A stretch of DNA of 64,000 bases from an uncultured Desulfatitalea sp. GTDB lineage: Bacteria; Desulfobacterota; Desulfobacteria; Desulfobacterales; Desulfosarcinaceae. The position numbers and the translations under genes are program-made. Positions 49,989 to 60,369 of this stretch are shown piece after piece; the stretch's first letter is position 1; each line of letters opens with the position of its first letter. Location: contig CAXXMB010000002.1 in assembly GCA_963668675.2 (NCBI GenBank), positions 1,824,001 through 1,888,000 on the forward strand, read 5' to 3'. The notes under the pieces were generated by a model. The model was given only the letters and a program-made list of their open reading frames with translations, had not been told where the DNA came from and searched no databases.

Positions 49989-50370
49989 ATGAAGATCGTC
50001 CTGGCAACCTACGGTTCACGCGGTGATGTGCAACCCATGTTGGCGCTTTCACTGGCCTTGAAAGCCAGAGGCCATGACGTGCGCCTGGCAGCATCACCTG
50101 GAAAATGGCCAGGCAGGGTGATCACCTCCATCTCGAACGGCGCATCAACCGCCATCGCAAAACAATGGGGCTCAAGGCCACTCGGGATGTTTGGCGGCAT
50201 CTGATGGGCCCAGATACGATTGTCGCCTCGGACCGGGCCATTGCTGAGCTTCACAGGGGGGCGGCATGTCTAAACGACCAACGGATTCGGAGACGTACCA
50301 AAGCAACGGACCGCGAGATAGGCAAAATCGATGGTCTGGAGGCGACTGTCCGTGAAATCGAAAAAGGGGT
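49989..50370 (+). pseudogene. GT1 (sterol-glucosyltransferase-like) gene relic
   Basis: KIVLATYGSRGDVQPMLAL N-terminus, followed by out-of-frame middle and C-terminal-like pieces (DGLEATVREIE) in under 400 bp. Confidence 0.7.
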
Positions 50371-50458
50371 TACACCGCAGTGGCATTATGAAGTGCCCGG
50401 GGATGGGGCGCAATGGACCCCGCACTGGCCTTTGGTTCAGTGCGTGCCATAGGCCTCA

Positions 50459-50671
50459 CTATAGGCAAAGCTTGGAGACCAACCGGCAATAGGCACCTTT
50501 GGGGGGCTTCACCTCATTGGTATTGGATGCAAGCCTCTTGGCCGCCGAAGCGCACCACTCGTCAAAAAGGGGATCGCTCCAATCGTACCGTCGCAGGGCC
50601 TCTACTTCTTCGGCAAGGGCACCCCGACGACTTCGGCGACCGGCTCTGCTTTTCAGCTTCTGTTTCATCAT
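50459..50671 (-). CDS. small hypothetical protein
   Basis: AAGGAGG RBS before ATG at 50671. 70 aa, no recognised family. Confidence 0.4.
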   Translation of the reverse strand: MMKQKLKSRAGRRSRRGALAEEVEALRRYDWSDPLFDEWCASAAKRLASNTNEVKPPKGAYCRLVSKLCL

Positions 50672-50993
50672 GGTGCCTCCTTGATAACCAGGCACGTTCA
50701 TGCGCGGAAAAACAGGTTCATATCTGCTGCCGTTGCCGGAATCTGGTAAGGGGATAGAGATCTGTTCATCTTCTTGGAGGAGTGCGGATCATTCAGTGCG
50801 ATGCGACAACAGCAGCTTCGGGTGTGAGGGTATCTTCTCCCATATCAAGTCGGAAAGATGTGATCTGCTTCACACGGGCCGTGACAGATAGATCACACAA
50901 CTCAAAATGAGGATGTGAAGAGGGTCCGTCAACCGTCGGCCGGACATTTTCCTGCATTTTCTTCGATTGGAAGAGAAGATGACAGGCTGTCCG

Positions 50994-52148
50994 TCAGAAG
51001 GCCGGGCCCGTGGTGTGCAGGGCCACCATCTCCTGGCGATTGCGTTCGGCTTTGGTGAGCTGCCCTTCGGCCACTGCCTGGACGAGCTCAACCAACTCCT
51101 GCCGGGCATCTTCCAGGGCGCGCCCCTCGATCAGGGAGCCGGCGTTAAGGTCCATGTCGTCGGCCATGTTCTCATACAACCGATTGTTGGAGGCCAATTT
51201 GACCACCGGCACCGTTGGAAAGCCGGCCGGCGTGCCGCGCCCTGTGGTAAATAGCATGATCTGGGCGCCGCCGGCGGCCATACCGGTGAGCGAAAAGATA
51301 TCCGAACCCGGGGTGTCCATCAGTACCAGCCCTTTTTCCGTCGGAGGCGCGCCGTAGTTCACCAGCTCGCGGATGGGACTGGTGCCCCCTTTGACGATGC
51401 ACCCCAACGACTTTTCACTGATCGTGGAGAGCCCGCCATCCATATTTCCAGGTGAAATAACCATTCCGGCCCGCTCTCCGAGAAGATCTTCGGTGCGCCG
51501 TCTCTGGCGCTGAATCAGATCGACGATGCGCTCCCCAAGCCGGGGATCGGCGGTCCGCTTGGCAAGGATGTGTTCAGTGCCGATCATTTCGGTGGTCTCC
51601 GACAGAATCACCGTGCCGCCCTGCGCCACGAGCCAGTCGGCCACCGCACCCACCAGGCGGTTGGCCGTCAACCCGGAGAGCGCATCCGAACCGCCGCACT
51701 CCAGCCCGACGGTCAAGGCCGATAAAGGACACGCCTCGCGCGCGCGCTTCCCTGCATCGGTCAACATGCGGTGGGCGATACGGATCCCCTCTGCCGTGGC
51801 CTTGACCGATCCTCCGGCGGACTGAATATCGATCGTCTCCACGGGAGTCGATGCCTTCTCGATCTCCTTCGCCAAACCGGCAGCTTTGATCGTCTCGCAG
51901 CCCAACCCTACGACCAGGACAGCAAAAATATTGGGATTGCGGCCCAAGCCGGCCAGCGTCCGTTGGGCCATCAGCGAATCGGCCGTGGCCCGACCGCACC
52001 CCTCTGTGTGGGTAATGGTCTTTACTTCCGGCAGTTCACGGCCGATAGCCTGTACCACGCCGTTGGCGCAGCTCACCGAACTCATGACCAGGACATGATT
52101 GCGGGTGCCTATGGCCCCGCTTTTTCTCCTGTAGCCCATAAAATCCAT
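50994..52148 (-). CDS. UxaA/GarD/SuyB-family dehydratase/lyase large subunit
   Basis: GYRR..G.RNH, GLGCE, GLECGGSD, GGLSTISEKSLG and FTTGRGTP motifs. Confidence 0.9.
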   Translation of the reverse strand: MDFMGYRRKSGAIGTRNHVLVMSSVSCANGVVQAIGRELPEVKTITHTEGCGRATADSLMAQRTLAGLGRNPNIFAVLVVGLGCETIKAAGLAKEIEKASTPVETIDIQSAGGSVKATAEGIRIAHRMLTDAGKRAREACPLSALTVGLECGGSDALSGLTANRLVGAVADWLVAQGGTVILSETTEMIGTEHILAKRTADPRLGERIVDLIQRQRRRTEDLLGERAGMVISPGNMDGGLSTISEKSLGCIVKGGTSPIRELVNYGAPPTEKGLVLMDTPGSDIFSLTGMAAGGAQIMLFTTGRGTPAGFPTVPVVKLASNNRLYENMADDMDLNAGSLIEGRALEDARQELVELVQAVAEGQLTKAERNRQEMVALHTTGPAF

Positions 52149-52161
52149 AGCAGTCGATTCC

Positions 52162-52431
52162 TCATGCAATGATGTTATGCGTGTGCACCCACTCGCCGGG
52201 TGCGATGGCCATCTTGGCCAGAGCAATGGTCTCTCCATATTTGACGATCGGCATATCGCGCTCGATGGTCTTCAGCGCCACCTTGTGGTGCTGCGGAATG
52301 TCAGTGGCCGCCGACAACCCCTGGGGGTCGATACCAATCAGCGGCTCCCCTTTACCAATGGGAACGGTGACCACCGCCACATTGTCCTCCGGATGAATTT
52401 GGATGGTGTTGACGTTCATCTTCGCTTTCAA
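52162..52431 (-). CDS. SAF-domain small subunit (UxaA N-terminal/SuyA-like)
   Basis: IHPEDNVAV, IP..HKVAL, KYGE.I and GEWVHTHN motifs. Confidence 0.9.
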   Translation of the reverse strand: MKAKMNVNTIQIHPEDNVAVVTVPIGKGEPLIGIDPQGLSAATDIPQHHKVALKTIERDMPIVKYGETIALAKMAIAPGEWVHTHNIIA

Positions 52432-52727
52432 CTTTTCACCTCCCCCCAGGCCTTTTGACTTCTGACGATCTTTTTGCGAACGGTTTGCCAGGTCCCGGTG
52501 CCCAGAAACGATTCATCATAGCGCTCCGACATCTCGGCAGTTCAGCAATGATGTTCGGGTCCATTCGATCTCCTGCATTTCATACGCTGCAAACTGATAT
52601 CCTACATCCTTCCATTAAAGGCGTAAAGGCCGACTTTTGACGACACGACAAGGAGGGCAAAAGGTGGTATGGTGTTCACGCTGTTTTATCGGGTCAACGA
52701 CAACCGGGCAATCCCTTTTTTCTGGTG

Positions 52728-53837
52728 ATGCGAGTGAGCCCCTCCTTAAAAATTCTCTTTCTTGAACCCTTTTACGGCGGATCACACCGCGAGTTCGCCG
52801 ATGGGTGGATCGCCCACTCCAGACACAAGATCGACCTGCTCGCCCTGCCGGACCGTTTCTGGAAATGGCGCATGCGGGGGGCGGCACTTCACTTTTTTCG
52901 AAAGGCGGAGGAGCTGGGCAGCTATGACGGATTGATCGCAACCGACCTGATGAGCCTCTCGGACTTCAAGGCCCTTTCCGGCCCCGCCTGCCCCCCCAGC
53001 CTGGCCTATTTCCATGAAAACCAGTTCAGCTACCCCCTGGCGCCGGGCGAGCAGATGGATTTTCAGTTCGGTTTCACCGATATCACCACGGCCTTGGCCG
53101 CAGAGAGGGTGGTGTTCAACTCCCATACCCACCAGGAGGCGTTCTTCAGCGGCATGACCCGTTTTTTGAAAATGATGCCGGACCATGCGCCCAAGTGGGC
53201 TGTCGAGCGCGTTCTCGCCAAGAGTGGCGTTCTCTACCCCGGTTGCCGTTTTGAGGCCGGAAGAATGGATCTCTCCACACCTCCAGCACAGGAACCACCG
53301 CTGATCATATGGAATCACCGTTGGGAGTTCGACAAAAATCCGGAAGATTTCTTTGAGGTGCTGGACGCCATCCTGGCAAATGGTCAAGATTTCCGGCTGG
53401 CCCTTCTCGGAGAGACGAGCCGCACGGTGCCCAAGCCGTTCGAAGCAGCCCGCCAACGCTACGGCCACCGTATCGTGCAATATGGATATGAACCATCGAG
53501 AGAGGCTTACATAGGGTGGCTCAAACAAGGAAACATCGTCGTCAGCACCGCCGTGCAAGAGAACTTCGGCATCTCGGTGATCGAAGCCGCGCGTTACGGC
53601 TGCATCCCGCTGCTGCCCAATCGGCTCTCCTACCCGGAGATTATTCCTGCGGCGTTTCATCCCCAGGTGCTTTACGATAGTCAGAATGCCCTGCGGGAAA
53701 AGCTCACCGCACTGCTTTACGACTACACCTCTTTTCAAGAGCTGCGCATGAACCTGGCCGATGCCATGGGCCGATTCGCCTGGGAAAGCACTATCGAACA
53801 ATTTGATGGGGTTCTCGAAGGATTGCAAAGCCGATGA
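52728..53837 (+). CDS. DUF3524/GTDC1-like glycosyltransferase
   Basis: EPFYGGSH, WKWRMRG, YFHENQ, WNHRWEFDKNP and RLSYPE motifs. Confidence 0.88.
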   Translation: MRVSPSLKILFLEPFYGGSHREFADGWIAHSRHKIDLLALPDRFWKWRMRGAALHFFRKAEELGSYDGLIATDLMSLSDFKALSGPACPPSLAYFHENQFSYPLAPGEQMDFQFGFTDITTALAAERVVFNSHTHQEAFFSGMTRFLKMMPDHAPKWAVERVLAKSGVLYPGCRFEAGRMDLSTPPAQEPPLIIWNHRWEFDKNPEDFFEVLDAILANGQDFRLALLGETSRTVPKPFEAARQRYGHRIVQYGYEPSREAYIGWLKQGNIVVSTAVQENFGISVIEAARYGCIPLLPNRLSYPEIIPAAFHPQVLYDSQNALREKLTALLYDYTSFQELRMNLADAMGRFAWESTIEQFDGVLEGLQSR

Positions 53838-53908
53838 TCATTCGTAGATTGTGTCGTTGATCGGTGAAAACAACACACCGCCGCATGAGGCGGCCTGAGG
53901 TGAAACCC

Positions 53909-55402
53909 ATGTTGCATGCAATTCGAACCGTTCTGCTCCTGCTGGCCCTTGCACTGGTATGCAGTGCCTGCGTCAGCGCACCATCGTCGGTCAGCCAACC
54001 GTCTTGGGACATCAAACATATCGTCACTCAGGCGCAGAACGCAGTGGTCACTGTGATCACCTATGACCTGGATGACCAAATGTCCACCATCGGCAGCGGC
54101 TTTTTTATCTCAAAGACAGGCGTCCTGGTGACCAATCATCATGTTGTTAGCGGTGCCTACAGAGCCGAAATCAAGACCCGAAACGGCCGTCGATATCCCA
54201 TTACCGAAGTGTTGGCCCAAAATCCCCTGGTCGATTTGATCAAAGTACGTGTTCAAATCCCGGCAGACAACGTCACTCCCCTGCCCCTTGCCGACCAGAC
54301 GCCTCTTATCGCCGACCACGTCATTGTCATCGGGAGCCCTTTGGGGTTGGAGCAAACCGTTTCGGAAGGCATCATCTCAGCCGTTCGCAAAATCCCAACC
54401 GCCGGCAACGTATTTCAGCTGACCGCCCCTATATCACAAGGTTCCAGCGGTGGACCGGCCCTAAATTACCAGGGTGAGGCGATCGGTATCGTCTCTTTCC
54501 AGCTGGCCAAGGGCCAGAACCTCAACTTTGCCATTTCCGTTCAATCGTTGCTGCTGCTGCCCGATGAGACGCAACCGCCGTCGCTGACAGAGTGGACCAT
54601 TCGCAATTCGGCCCAGGGGCCGATGCTCGCAACGGCGATGTGTCGCAAAGGTGCCCGTCTCAGCGTCCAAGGCGAATACGAAGAGGCGTTGACCTATTTC
54701 CAAAAAGCCACTGAAGCCAACCCGGAAGATCCGGTGGCCTGGTATGGATTGGGCAGCTGCTATGTGGGCCTCGATCAACCCGATCAAGCCACCGAGGCCT
54801 TCCGTCGCCCGGTAGCCGCCAACCCCGAAAGCGCCGAAGCCCACTTTATCCTTGCCATGTACTACAAAACCGGCTCCCAATATCAAAGTGCGATTGCGCC
54901 CTTGCTGGAAGTGATCCGTATCGACCCGACTCATTCGCAGGCCCTGCTCGAACTGGCCCAGATGTATGGCGAGCTGGGACGAGCGGAAGAAGAGATCGAT
55001 GCCCTTCATCAATCCTTGGCCCTATCACCAAATCACATCCCTGCCTTAATCGGCATGGGAGTAGCGCTAGGCAAAATCAGCCGTTTCAACGAAGCGCTGG
55101 AATATCTACAGCGCGCCAGAGCATTGGAGCCCGATTCGGCCCTCATTCATTACAACATCGGTGTTACCTACCATCGGATGAACAACGCTAGGGAGGAGAT
55201 CCGCGCATACATTACAGCCATCCGCGCCAACCCTCGCATGGCGGCGGCCCACTATAACCTGGGCCTGGCCTTTCTGAGTCAGGGCAGACGCCAGCTGGCG
55301 CTAGGCCAGTATGAAATCCTCAAAACGCTCAAACCGGACATTGCCGACCGGCTGTTCGAAAAGATCTACCCCCAGGATGAGGAAAGCGAAAGGAAACCTT
55401 AG
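53909..55402 (+). CDS. lipoprotein: trypsin-like serine protease plus TPR repeats
   Basis: Lipobox CSAC, GSGFF, TNHHV and ISQGSSGGP motifs. About seven TPRs. Confidence 0.88.
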   Translation: MLHAIRTVLLLLALALVCSACVSAPSSVSQPSWDIKHIVTQAQNAVVTVITYDLDDQMSTIGSGFFISKTGVLVTNHHVVSGAYRAEIKTRNGRRYPITEVLAQNPLVDLIKVRVQIPADNVTPLPLADQTPLIADHVIVIGSPLGLEQTVSEGIISAVRKIPTAGNVFQLTAPISQGSSGGPALNYQGEAIGIVSFQLAKGQNLNFAISVQSLLLLPDETQPPSLTEWTIRNSAQGPMLATAMCRKGARLSVQGEYEEALTYFQKATEANPEDPVAWYGLGSCYVGLDQPDQATEAFRRPVAANPESAEAHFILAMYYKTGSQYQSAIAPLLEVIRIDPTHSQALLELAQMYGELGRAEEEIDALHQSLALSPNHIPALIGMGVALGKISRFNEALEYLQRARALEPDSALIHYNIGVTYHRMNNAREEIRAYITAIRANPRMAAAHYNLGLAFLSQGRRQLALGQYEILKTLKPDIADRLFEKIYPQDEESERKP

Positions 55403-55403
55403 C

Positions 55404-55652
55404 ATGGATAGTGATCATCAATGCGTACCTGACTCCGAAATATTGCTGACACTGGCCAGAACCAAGATGCCCTTTGGCCGCTACCGCGGCCGTCTGCTCA
55501 TCGATCTGCCCGAGCCCTATATCGTCTGGTTTGCCCAGAAAGGATTTCCGTCCGGGTCGCTGGGCGAACTGCTGCGAATGGTTTACGAAATCAAGGTCAA
55601 TGGCCTTGAGTATCTTTTCAACCCCCTCAGGATTTCGGAGAGCAAGGATTGA
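55404..55652 (+). CDS. DUF3820 family protein
   Basis: MPFGRYRGRLLIDLPEPYIVWF..EIKVNGL motif. Confidence 0.88.
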   Translation: MDSDHQCVPDSEILLTLARTKMPFGRYRGRLLIDLPEPYIVWFAQKGFPSGSLGELLRMVYEIKVNGLEYLFNPLRISESKD

Positions 55653-55661
55653 TCCTGTCCC

Positions 55662-56591
55662 TTAATACTGTTTTCGCCTGCCGAATACCGATCCCAACAC
55701 GTTGAAGGTGTTCTCAACCACGAATAGGGCGTTCTGGTCGACGGTAAACACCACCTCTTCCAACTGCTTGAGATTGATATTGTTGGTGATGGTCATCAGG
55801 ATATCCTGATCCCTGCCGCTGTAAGCGCCTTTGGCCTTGATGATGGTTGCCTGCCAGCCGCGCTCGAGCAGCGCTTTGGCGATTTGGCAATTGGCCTGGC
55901 TGATGATGAGGGCCATCTTGCGCTGGCTGAACATGGAGAGGACGTAGTCGAGCGAAACGGATGAGACAAAGACAAAAATGACCGAGGCCACAAACAGATC
56001 GATCGACAGGTGGGTCAGTGAGATGGAGAAGAGTGCCACGTTGAACAGCAGATAGAACTTGCCAATACCGATACCGAATTTTCTATTGAGCAGTATGGCG
56101 ACCACATCCAATCCGCCGCCAGAGCCGAGGGATCGCAGAATGATGCCGGAACCGGCACCACAGATGACGCCACCGGCCAGCGCCGCATAAATCTGCTGGG
56201 TGATCCCCAACGAGTGGTCGATGGCTTCGTAACAGATCGTAACGGTGACAATGGAGAGCAGGCTGTAGAGAAGAAATCTCCGGCTGATAAAAAACCACGC
56301 CAACACGAAGAGCGGCAGATTGAACAGCAGACTCCAGATGCCCGGGCTGAGAATATCCGTCAGATAATAAAAAAGAAGGCTGGACCCGAAAATGCCCCCT
56401 GTGATAAAGCCGTGTTCAAACACTACAGCCTTTGCGCCATAGGCAAAAAGGGCCGAACCGGAGACAATTAAGATAATATTCCAAAATGGCGTATAGGCCA
56501 GATCTTTTAAGGGAAACCGCCGCAACCATTTTGCATACGACGCAACCTTCAAACCCTGCCCCTGAGTCGCTGATATTACCGATTCAGACAT
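55662..56591 (-). CDS. YitT/DUF2179 family membrane protein
   Basis: FNLPLF, GSGGGLDV and GAYSG motifs. Confidence 0.88.
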   Translation of the reverse strand: MSESVISATQGQGLKVASYAKWLRRFPLKDLAYTPFWNIILIVSGSALFAYGAKAVVFEHGFITGGIFGSSLLFYYLTDILSPGIWSLLFNLPLFVLAWFFISRRFLLYSLLSIVTVTICYEAIDHSLGITQQIYAALAGGVICGAGSGIILRSLGSGGGLDVVAILLNRKFGIGIGKFYLLFNVALFSISLTHLSIDLFVASVIFVFVSSVSLDYVLSMFSQRKMALIISQANCQIAKALLERGWQATIIKAKGAYSGRDQDILMTITNNINLKQLEEVVFTVDQNALFVVENTFNVLGSVFGRRKQY

Positions 56592-56750
56592 AATCTTATC
56601 TACCTGTTTTTTCTAATTATTTATAAACTCAAACAACAAATCGGCGCAAAAGTATGGGCCTGTCGCTTTATTGTCAAGCGTAATCGCTCAACGACACTAC
56701 AGTCGTGTTCTTTTAGGTGATCAACAGATCCCAAAAAATGGTGAGAGCAT

Positions 56751-57053
56751 CTATCCGTTTCCCTTGTACATATCGATAGCCGTCAGGCCCTCCTTGCCGG
56801 CGGCCAGACCATAATAGGCAGAGTTGACCAGCTTGAGCAGCTTGTTGGTCAGGGCGTAATCGTTGAGAATGACATTGGCCAGGTCCGAGGCGTCGCTTGC
56901 ATCCTGGCAGGCTGAAAGTTTTTGATTTATCTCGATAAGGTACTTGAAGATGCTGGGGAACTCTTCACTTTGGCGAATCCGCTTAACCGTGCGCTCCAGA
57001 TCTGTTTCAGCAGTCGTCTTATTTGTTTTGGAGGGGATCGCTTTCGAAACCAT
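56751..57053 (-). pseudogene. truncated HDOD-domain gene
   Basis: DLANVILNDYALTNKLLKLVNSAYYG is the HDOD start. The ORF ends shortly after it. Confidence 0.7.
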
Positions 57054-57142
57054 CTACATTTCCCGGGTTTGCACAGATATCAAGTTTTTGAACACAACGC
57101 CGGTGCAAATCGATCAGCGCATATGCCAGACATCTGGTTCTA

Positions 57143-57170
57143 CTATCGGCACTAATGCAATATGAGTTGA
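57143..57170 (-). promoter_or_regulatory. sigma28-type promoter
   Basis: Minus strand TCAA-N16-GCCGATAG upstream of the HDOD fragment. Confidence 0.6.
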
Positions 57171-57261
57171 TGATTTTCTCAGATTAGCCGATCCCTCATA
57201 AGGGCTTACGGGCTGATAGAGAATGGTGGCGCAAAAGCGCTCTATTGTTTCGTCGAAACCC

Positions 57262-58056
57262 CTAAAATTTAAGCGCCCCTCCACATACACTGAGGCACTG
57301 TCCGGTGACGTAATCGCCCAGGTCTGTGACGAAAAACTCCACCACTTTGGAGATATCGTCGGGCTGGGCCAGCCGGTTGAGTGCGATGCGGTATTGTCTG
57401 GCCGGATCGGCCATCTTGCTGTAGACGTTTTTATCCAGCCGGGGGGTGCTGACGTAGGCGGGGGCGATGCAGTTGACGGTAATACCAAACGGCCCCAGCT
57501 CCTGGGCAAGGTAGCGTGTGTATTGGATAATGGCGGCCTTGGCCGTGCCGTATGATGCGTAAACCCCGTTTTTCTGGGCCTGCAGCCCGGCCTGGGAGGC
57601 GGTGTTGACGATGCGCCCCCACCCATTGCGCTTCATGGGCTCCGCCACGGCCTGGCAACAGTAGATGGTGGACATCAGGTTACGCTCGAAGGTGGCCTGC
57701 AGGTCCGCCTCGGACACCGAGGCGGCGAAGCTATCCTTAATCTCTCCGGCGATGCCTCCGGCATTGTTGACCAGGATGTCGATCCGGCCGAAACGGTCCA
57801 GGGTGCGAGCGACCATATCGGCAGCCTGATCGTGCTTACCGGCATGGCACTCGATGCCCAGCGCCTTTACCCCCAACGCCTCTACCTGATCGATCACATT
57901 GCCGCGATCGGCCTCCTCCTCATAGACCTTGTAAGAGGCCAGGTCCACATCGTTGATCACGATATCGGCCCCCAGACGGGCCAGCCGCAGGGCATGGGCA
58001 CGGCCGATTCCCCTGGCCGCCCCGGTGATCAGGGCCACTTTACCTTTGAGCTTCAT
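57262..58056 (-). CDS. short-chain dehydrogenase/reductase
   Basis: TGAARGIG, NNAG and YGTAK motifs. Confidence 0.92.
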   Translation of the reverse strand: MKLKGKVALITGAARGIGRAHALRLARLGADIVINDVDLASYKVYEEEADRGNVIDQVEALGVKALGIECHAGKHDQAADMVARTLDRFGRIDILVNNAGGIAGEIKDSFAASVSEADLQATFERNLMSTIYCCQAVAEPMKRNGWGRIVNTASQAGLQAQKNGVYASYGTAKAAIIQYTRYLAQELGPFGITVNCIAPAYVSTPRLDKNVYSKMADPARQYRIALNRLAQPDDISKVVEFFVTDLGDYVTGQCLSVCGGALKF

Positions 58057-58108
58057 CTACGGTGTCTCCTTTGTAATCGCGCTGAAGTGTCACACATCCT
58101 CGTCTTTT

Positions 58109-58345
58109 TTATAAATCCGAGTCCCCCGATTCCTTGGGATTATCAGAGCGGCCCCTTTTCAAAACGGCCAGCAAGGTCGCAGTCAATCCGAGAAGAATCT
58201 CATCGATGAAGGGGATCGCATCGGGTACGACCAGATCCGCCACAAAGAGAAAAGCGGTCAGCGCCAACAGTTTGGGAAAGCGCAGACGCGATGCATAATC
58301 AAGCAGTCGATTAAGGGCGAAGCCGCCCGGACGGTTCTGGTTCAT
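58109..58345 (-). CDS. small membrane protein (DUF6116-like)
   Basis: RLRFPKL..LF..D..PD.IPFIDEILL motif. Confidence 0.75.
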   Translation of the reverse strand: MNQNRPGGFALNRLLDYASRLRFPKLLALTAFLFVADLVVPDAIPFIDEILLGLTATLLAVLKRGRSDNPKESGDSDL

Positions 58346-58358
58346 GGCAGTTGTACCG

Positions 58359-59984
58359 CTAATCCTTCTTTGGGGGTTGAGGGGTGATGCGCACACTGGA
58401 TGTGAACATGCGCGGCACAATCCACAACAGGCCGCCCAGCCCCCTGAGGCGCTTCATGATCCCCTGCCCGCAGAGCAGCGCCAATATGCCGCGCATCCCC
58501 CTGTAAACGGCCGGGCCGTGGGGATGCCACCACAGGTTGCGTTTGACACCGGGCAGATAGTCGTGCACCAGGCATTGCGCCTGGGTCATCTCCATCATGC
58601 CGATGGCGCCGTGGGTGCGGCCAATGCCCGACTGCTTGAATCCGCCCCAGGGCGTCTCAGGCAGGCCGTGGCTCATGAGATGGTCGTTGACCATCACCAC
58701 CCCGGCCTGGAGGAGCCGCGCCAGGCGCTCTCCTTCACGGGCGCTGCGGGTCCAGACGCTGGCCGTCAGCCCAAGGTTGCTGTCATTGGCCAGCGCAATC
58801 GCCTCGTCCATGTCGTCCACAGCCATGACGCCCAGGACCGGTCCGAAGGTCTCCATCCGCATAATGTCCATATGGTGGTCCACACCGGTCAGCACCCTGG
58901 CCGGCATGAAGTGCCCTCCAGCAGCAGCGGGCGCCCGGGATTGAGCGTAGACCACAGCGCCAGCCTGGGTGGCCGCCGCAACCTGTCGCTCGACCTCCTG
59001 CATCTGCCGGTCGGTGGTCATGGCCCCCAGATCCACTTTGTGATCGGTATCCTCGCCGACGCGCAACTGCCGTACCGCCACTGCCAGCGCATCGATAAAG
59101 GGCTGGTAGATCGAACGGTGTACATAGATGCGTTCCACACCACCGCATGACTGGCCGCAATTCTGCAGCCCGGCCCATACCGCCCCGGCCACGGCCCGCT
59201 TCAGATCCGCGTCCGGGCAGACCAGCATGGGATCGTTGCCGCCCAGCTCCAAGACGAGGGGCGTCAACGTTTCGGCCGCCTGGGCCATCAAGGCCTTGCC
59301 CACTGCCACGCTCCCGGTGAACAGCAACTTGTCCACACCCGAATCGAGAAACGCCTTCCCGGCCACCCGGCCCGGCAGATTGAGGTACTGGAACACCCCC
59401 GGGGGAATCGACACCTCTTCGAAACAACGCTCGATGGCGCGCCCCACCAGCTGGGTCTCGCTGGCCGCCTTGAGGATCACAGCATTGCCGGCCAGCAGGG
59501 CCATGACCACTTCGGAGAAGGGGATGGAGAAGGGATAGTTCCATGGCGAGATGATGCCGATCACACCATAGGGCACCCGCACGATCTTGCTCGCCTTGTT
59601 GGCCATGAGCAGCGAGGCCGGCAGCAGCCGGCGATCTTTCAGCATTCCCTTGGCCTTACGGCAGTAGTAATCGGTGGCCATGGCCGCCGGCAGCACCTCT
59701 GCAGCCATGGCATCGGTGCGGGTCTTACCGTTGTCGCTGGAGATGATGCCGGCCAGTTCATCGGCGTGTTCTGCAATGTAGGCGCTCAGGGGGCGCAGCA
59801 GCTTTGCGCGCGCCTTGACCGTCAAGGCCGCCCACGCCGGCTGCGCCGCACGGGCCCGTTCAACAGCCCGCTGCACATCTGCCGAGCTGTTCAGGTGGGA
59901 TTGCCCGACCACCTCACCGTTCACCGGAGAGATGCACCGCGTCTGTTGCGCATCGCGCTGGTCATCGACTCGCTCTTCGCTCAT
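58359..59984 (-). CDS. aldehyde dehydrogenase
   Basis: SPWNYP, FTGS, LELGGND, GQSC, ETFGP and SGIGR motifs. Confidence 0.94.
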   Translation of the reverse strand: MSEERVDDQRDAQQTRCISPVNGEVVGQSHLNSSADVQRAVERARAAQPAWAALTVKARAKLLRPLSAYIAEHADELAGIISSDNGKTRTDAMAAEVLPAAMATDYYCRKAKGMLKDRRLLPASLLMANKASKIVRVPYGVIGIISPWNYPFSIPFSEVVMALLAGNAVILKAASETQLVGRAIERCFEEVSIPPGVFQYLNLPGRVAGKAFLDSGVDKLLFTGSVAVGKALMAQAAETLTPLVLELGGNDPMLVCPDADLKRAVAGAVWAGLQNCGQSCGGVERIYVHRSIYQPFIDALAVAVRQLRVGEDTDHKVDLGAMTTDRQMQEVERQVAAATQAGAVVYAQSRAPAAAGGHFMPARVLTGVDHHMDIMRMETFGPVLGVMAVDDMDEAIALANDSNLGLTASVWTRSAREGERLARLLQAGVVMVNDHLMSHGLPETPWGGFKQSGIGRTHGAIGMMEMTQAQCLVHDYLPGVKRNLWWHPHGPAVYRGMRGILALLCGQGIMKRLRGLGGLLWIVPRMFTSSVRITPQPPKKD

Positions 59985-60003
59985 GCCGCCTCCTCTTGGT
60001 CAC

Positions 60004-60369
60004 TTACCACAAGCGCCAGAACAGCCGTTCTCCACGCTTCTCCGCCCGAACCTTCTCCATATGCCGCAGGGCCGAAAACTCCCGCTGCAGCTCCTCCAGG
60101 GAGATTTCACGCCCCAGTCTCTCCTTAAGCTCCTGCGGCTCGAGGCCGCCGCTCTGCTCCAACAGGGCGACCATCTCCGTCTGGATGGGATTCAGGGTGC
60201 TCGTACCGCCCATTTTTTCCTCAAACGATTTTGCACTGTGCACCGCCCACGGATCGCAGGTCTTCATCGGCGACATAACGTCCATGTAACAATCCTCGCA
60301 CAAGGTGCGTCCCAGATGGTCTCTTTCATCACCGGCCGGAATATCGATCCGGCAACCGTCACATTTCAT
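60004..60369 (-). CDS. conserved small protein with CxxC..CxxC zinc ribbon and winged-helix-like C-terminus
   Basis: AGGAGG RBS. MKCDGC..LCEDCY..CDPWAV..LQREFSALRHME. Confidence 0.75.
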   Translation of the reverse strand: MKCDGCRIDIPAGDERDHLGRTLCEDCYMDVMSPMKTCDPWAVHSAKSFEEKMGGTSTLNPIQTEMVALLEQSGGLEPQELKERLGREISLEELQREFSALRHMEKVRAEKRGERLFWRLW

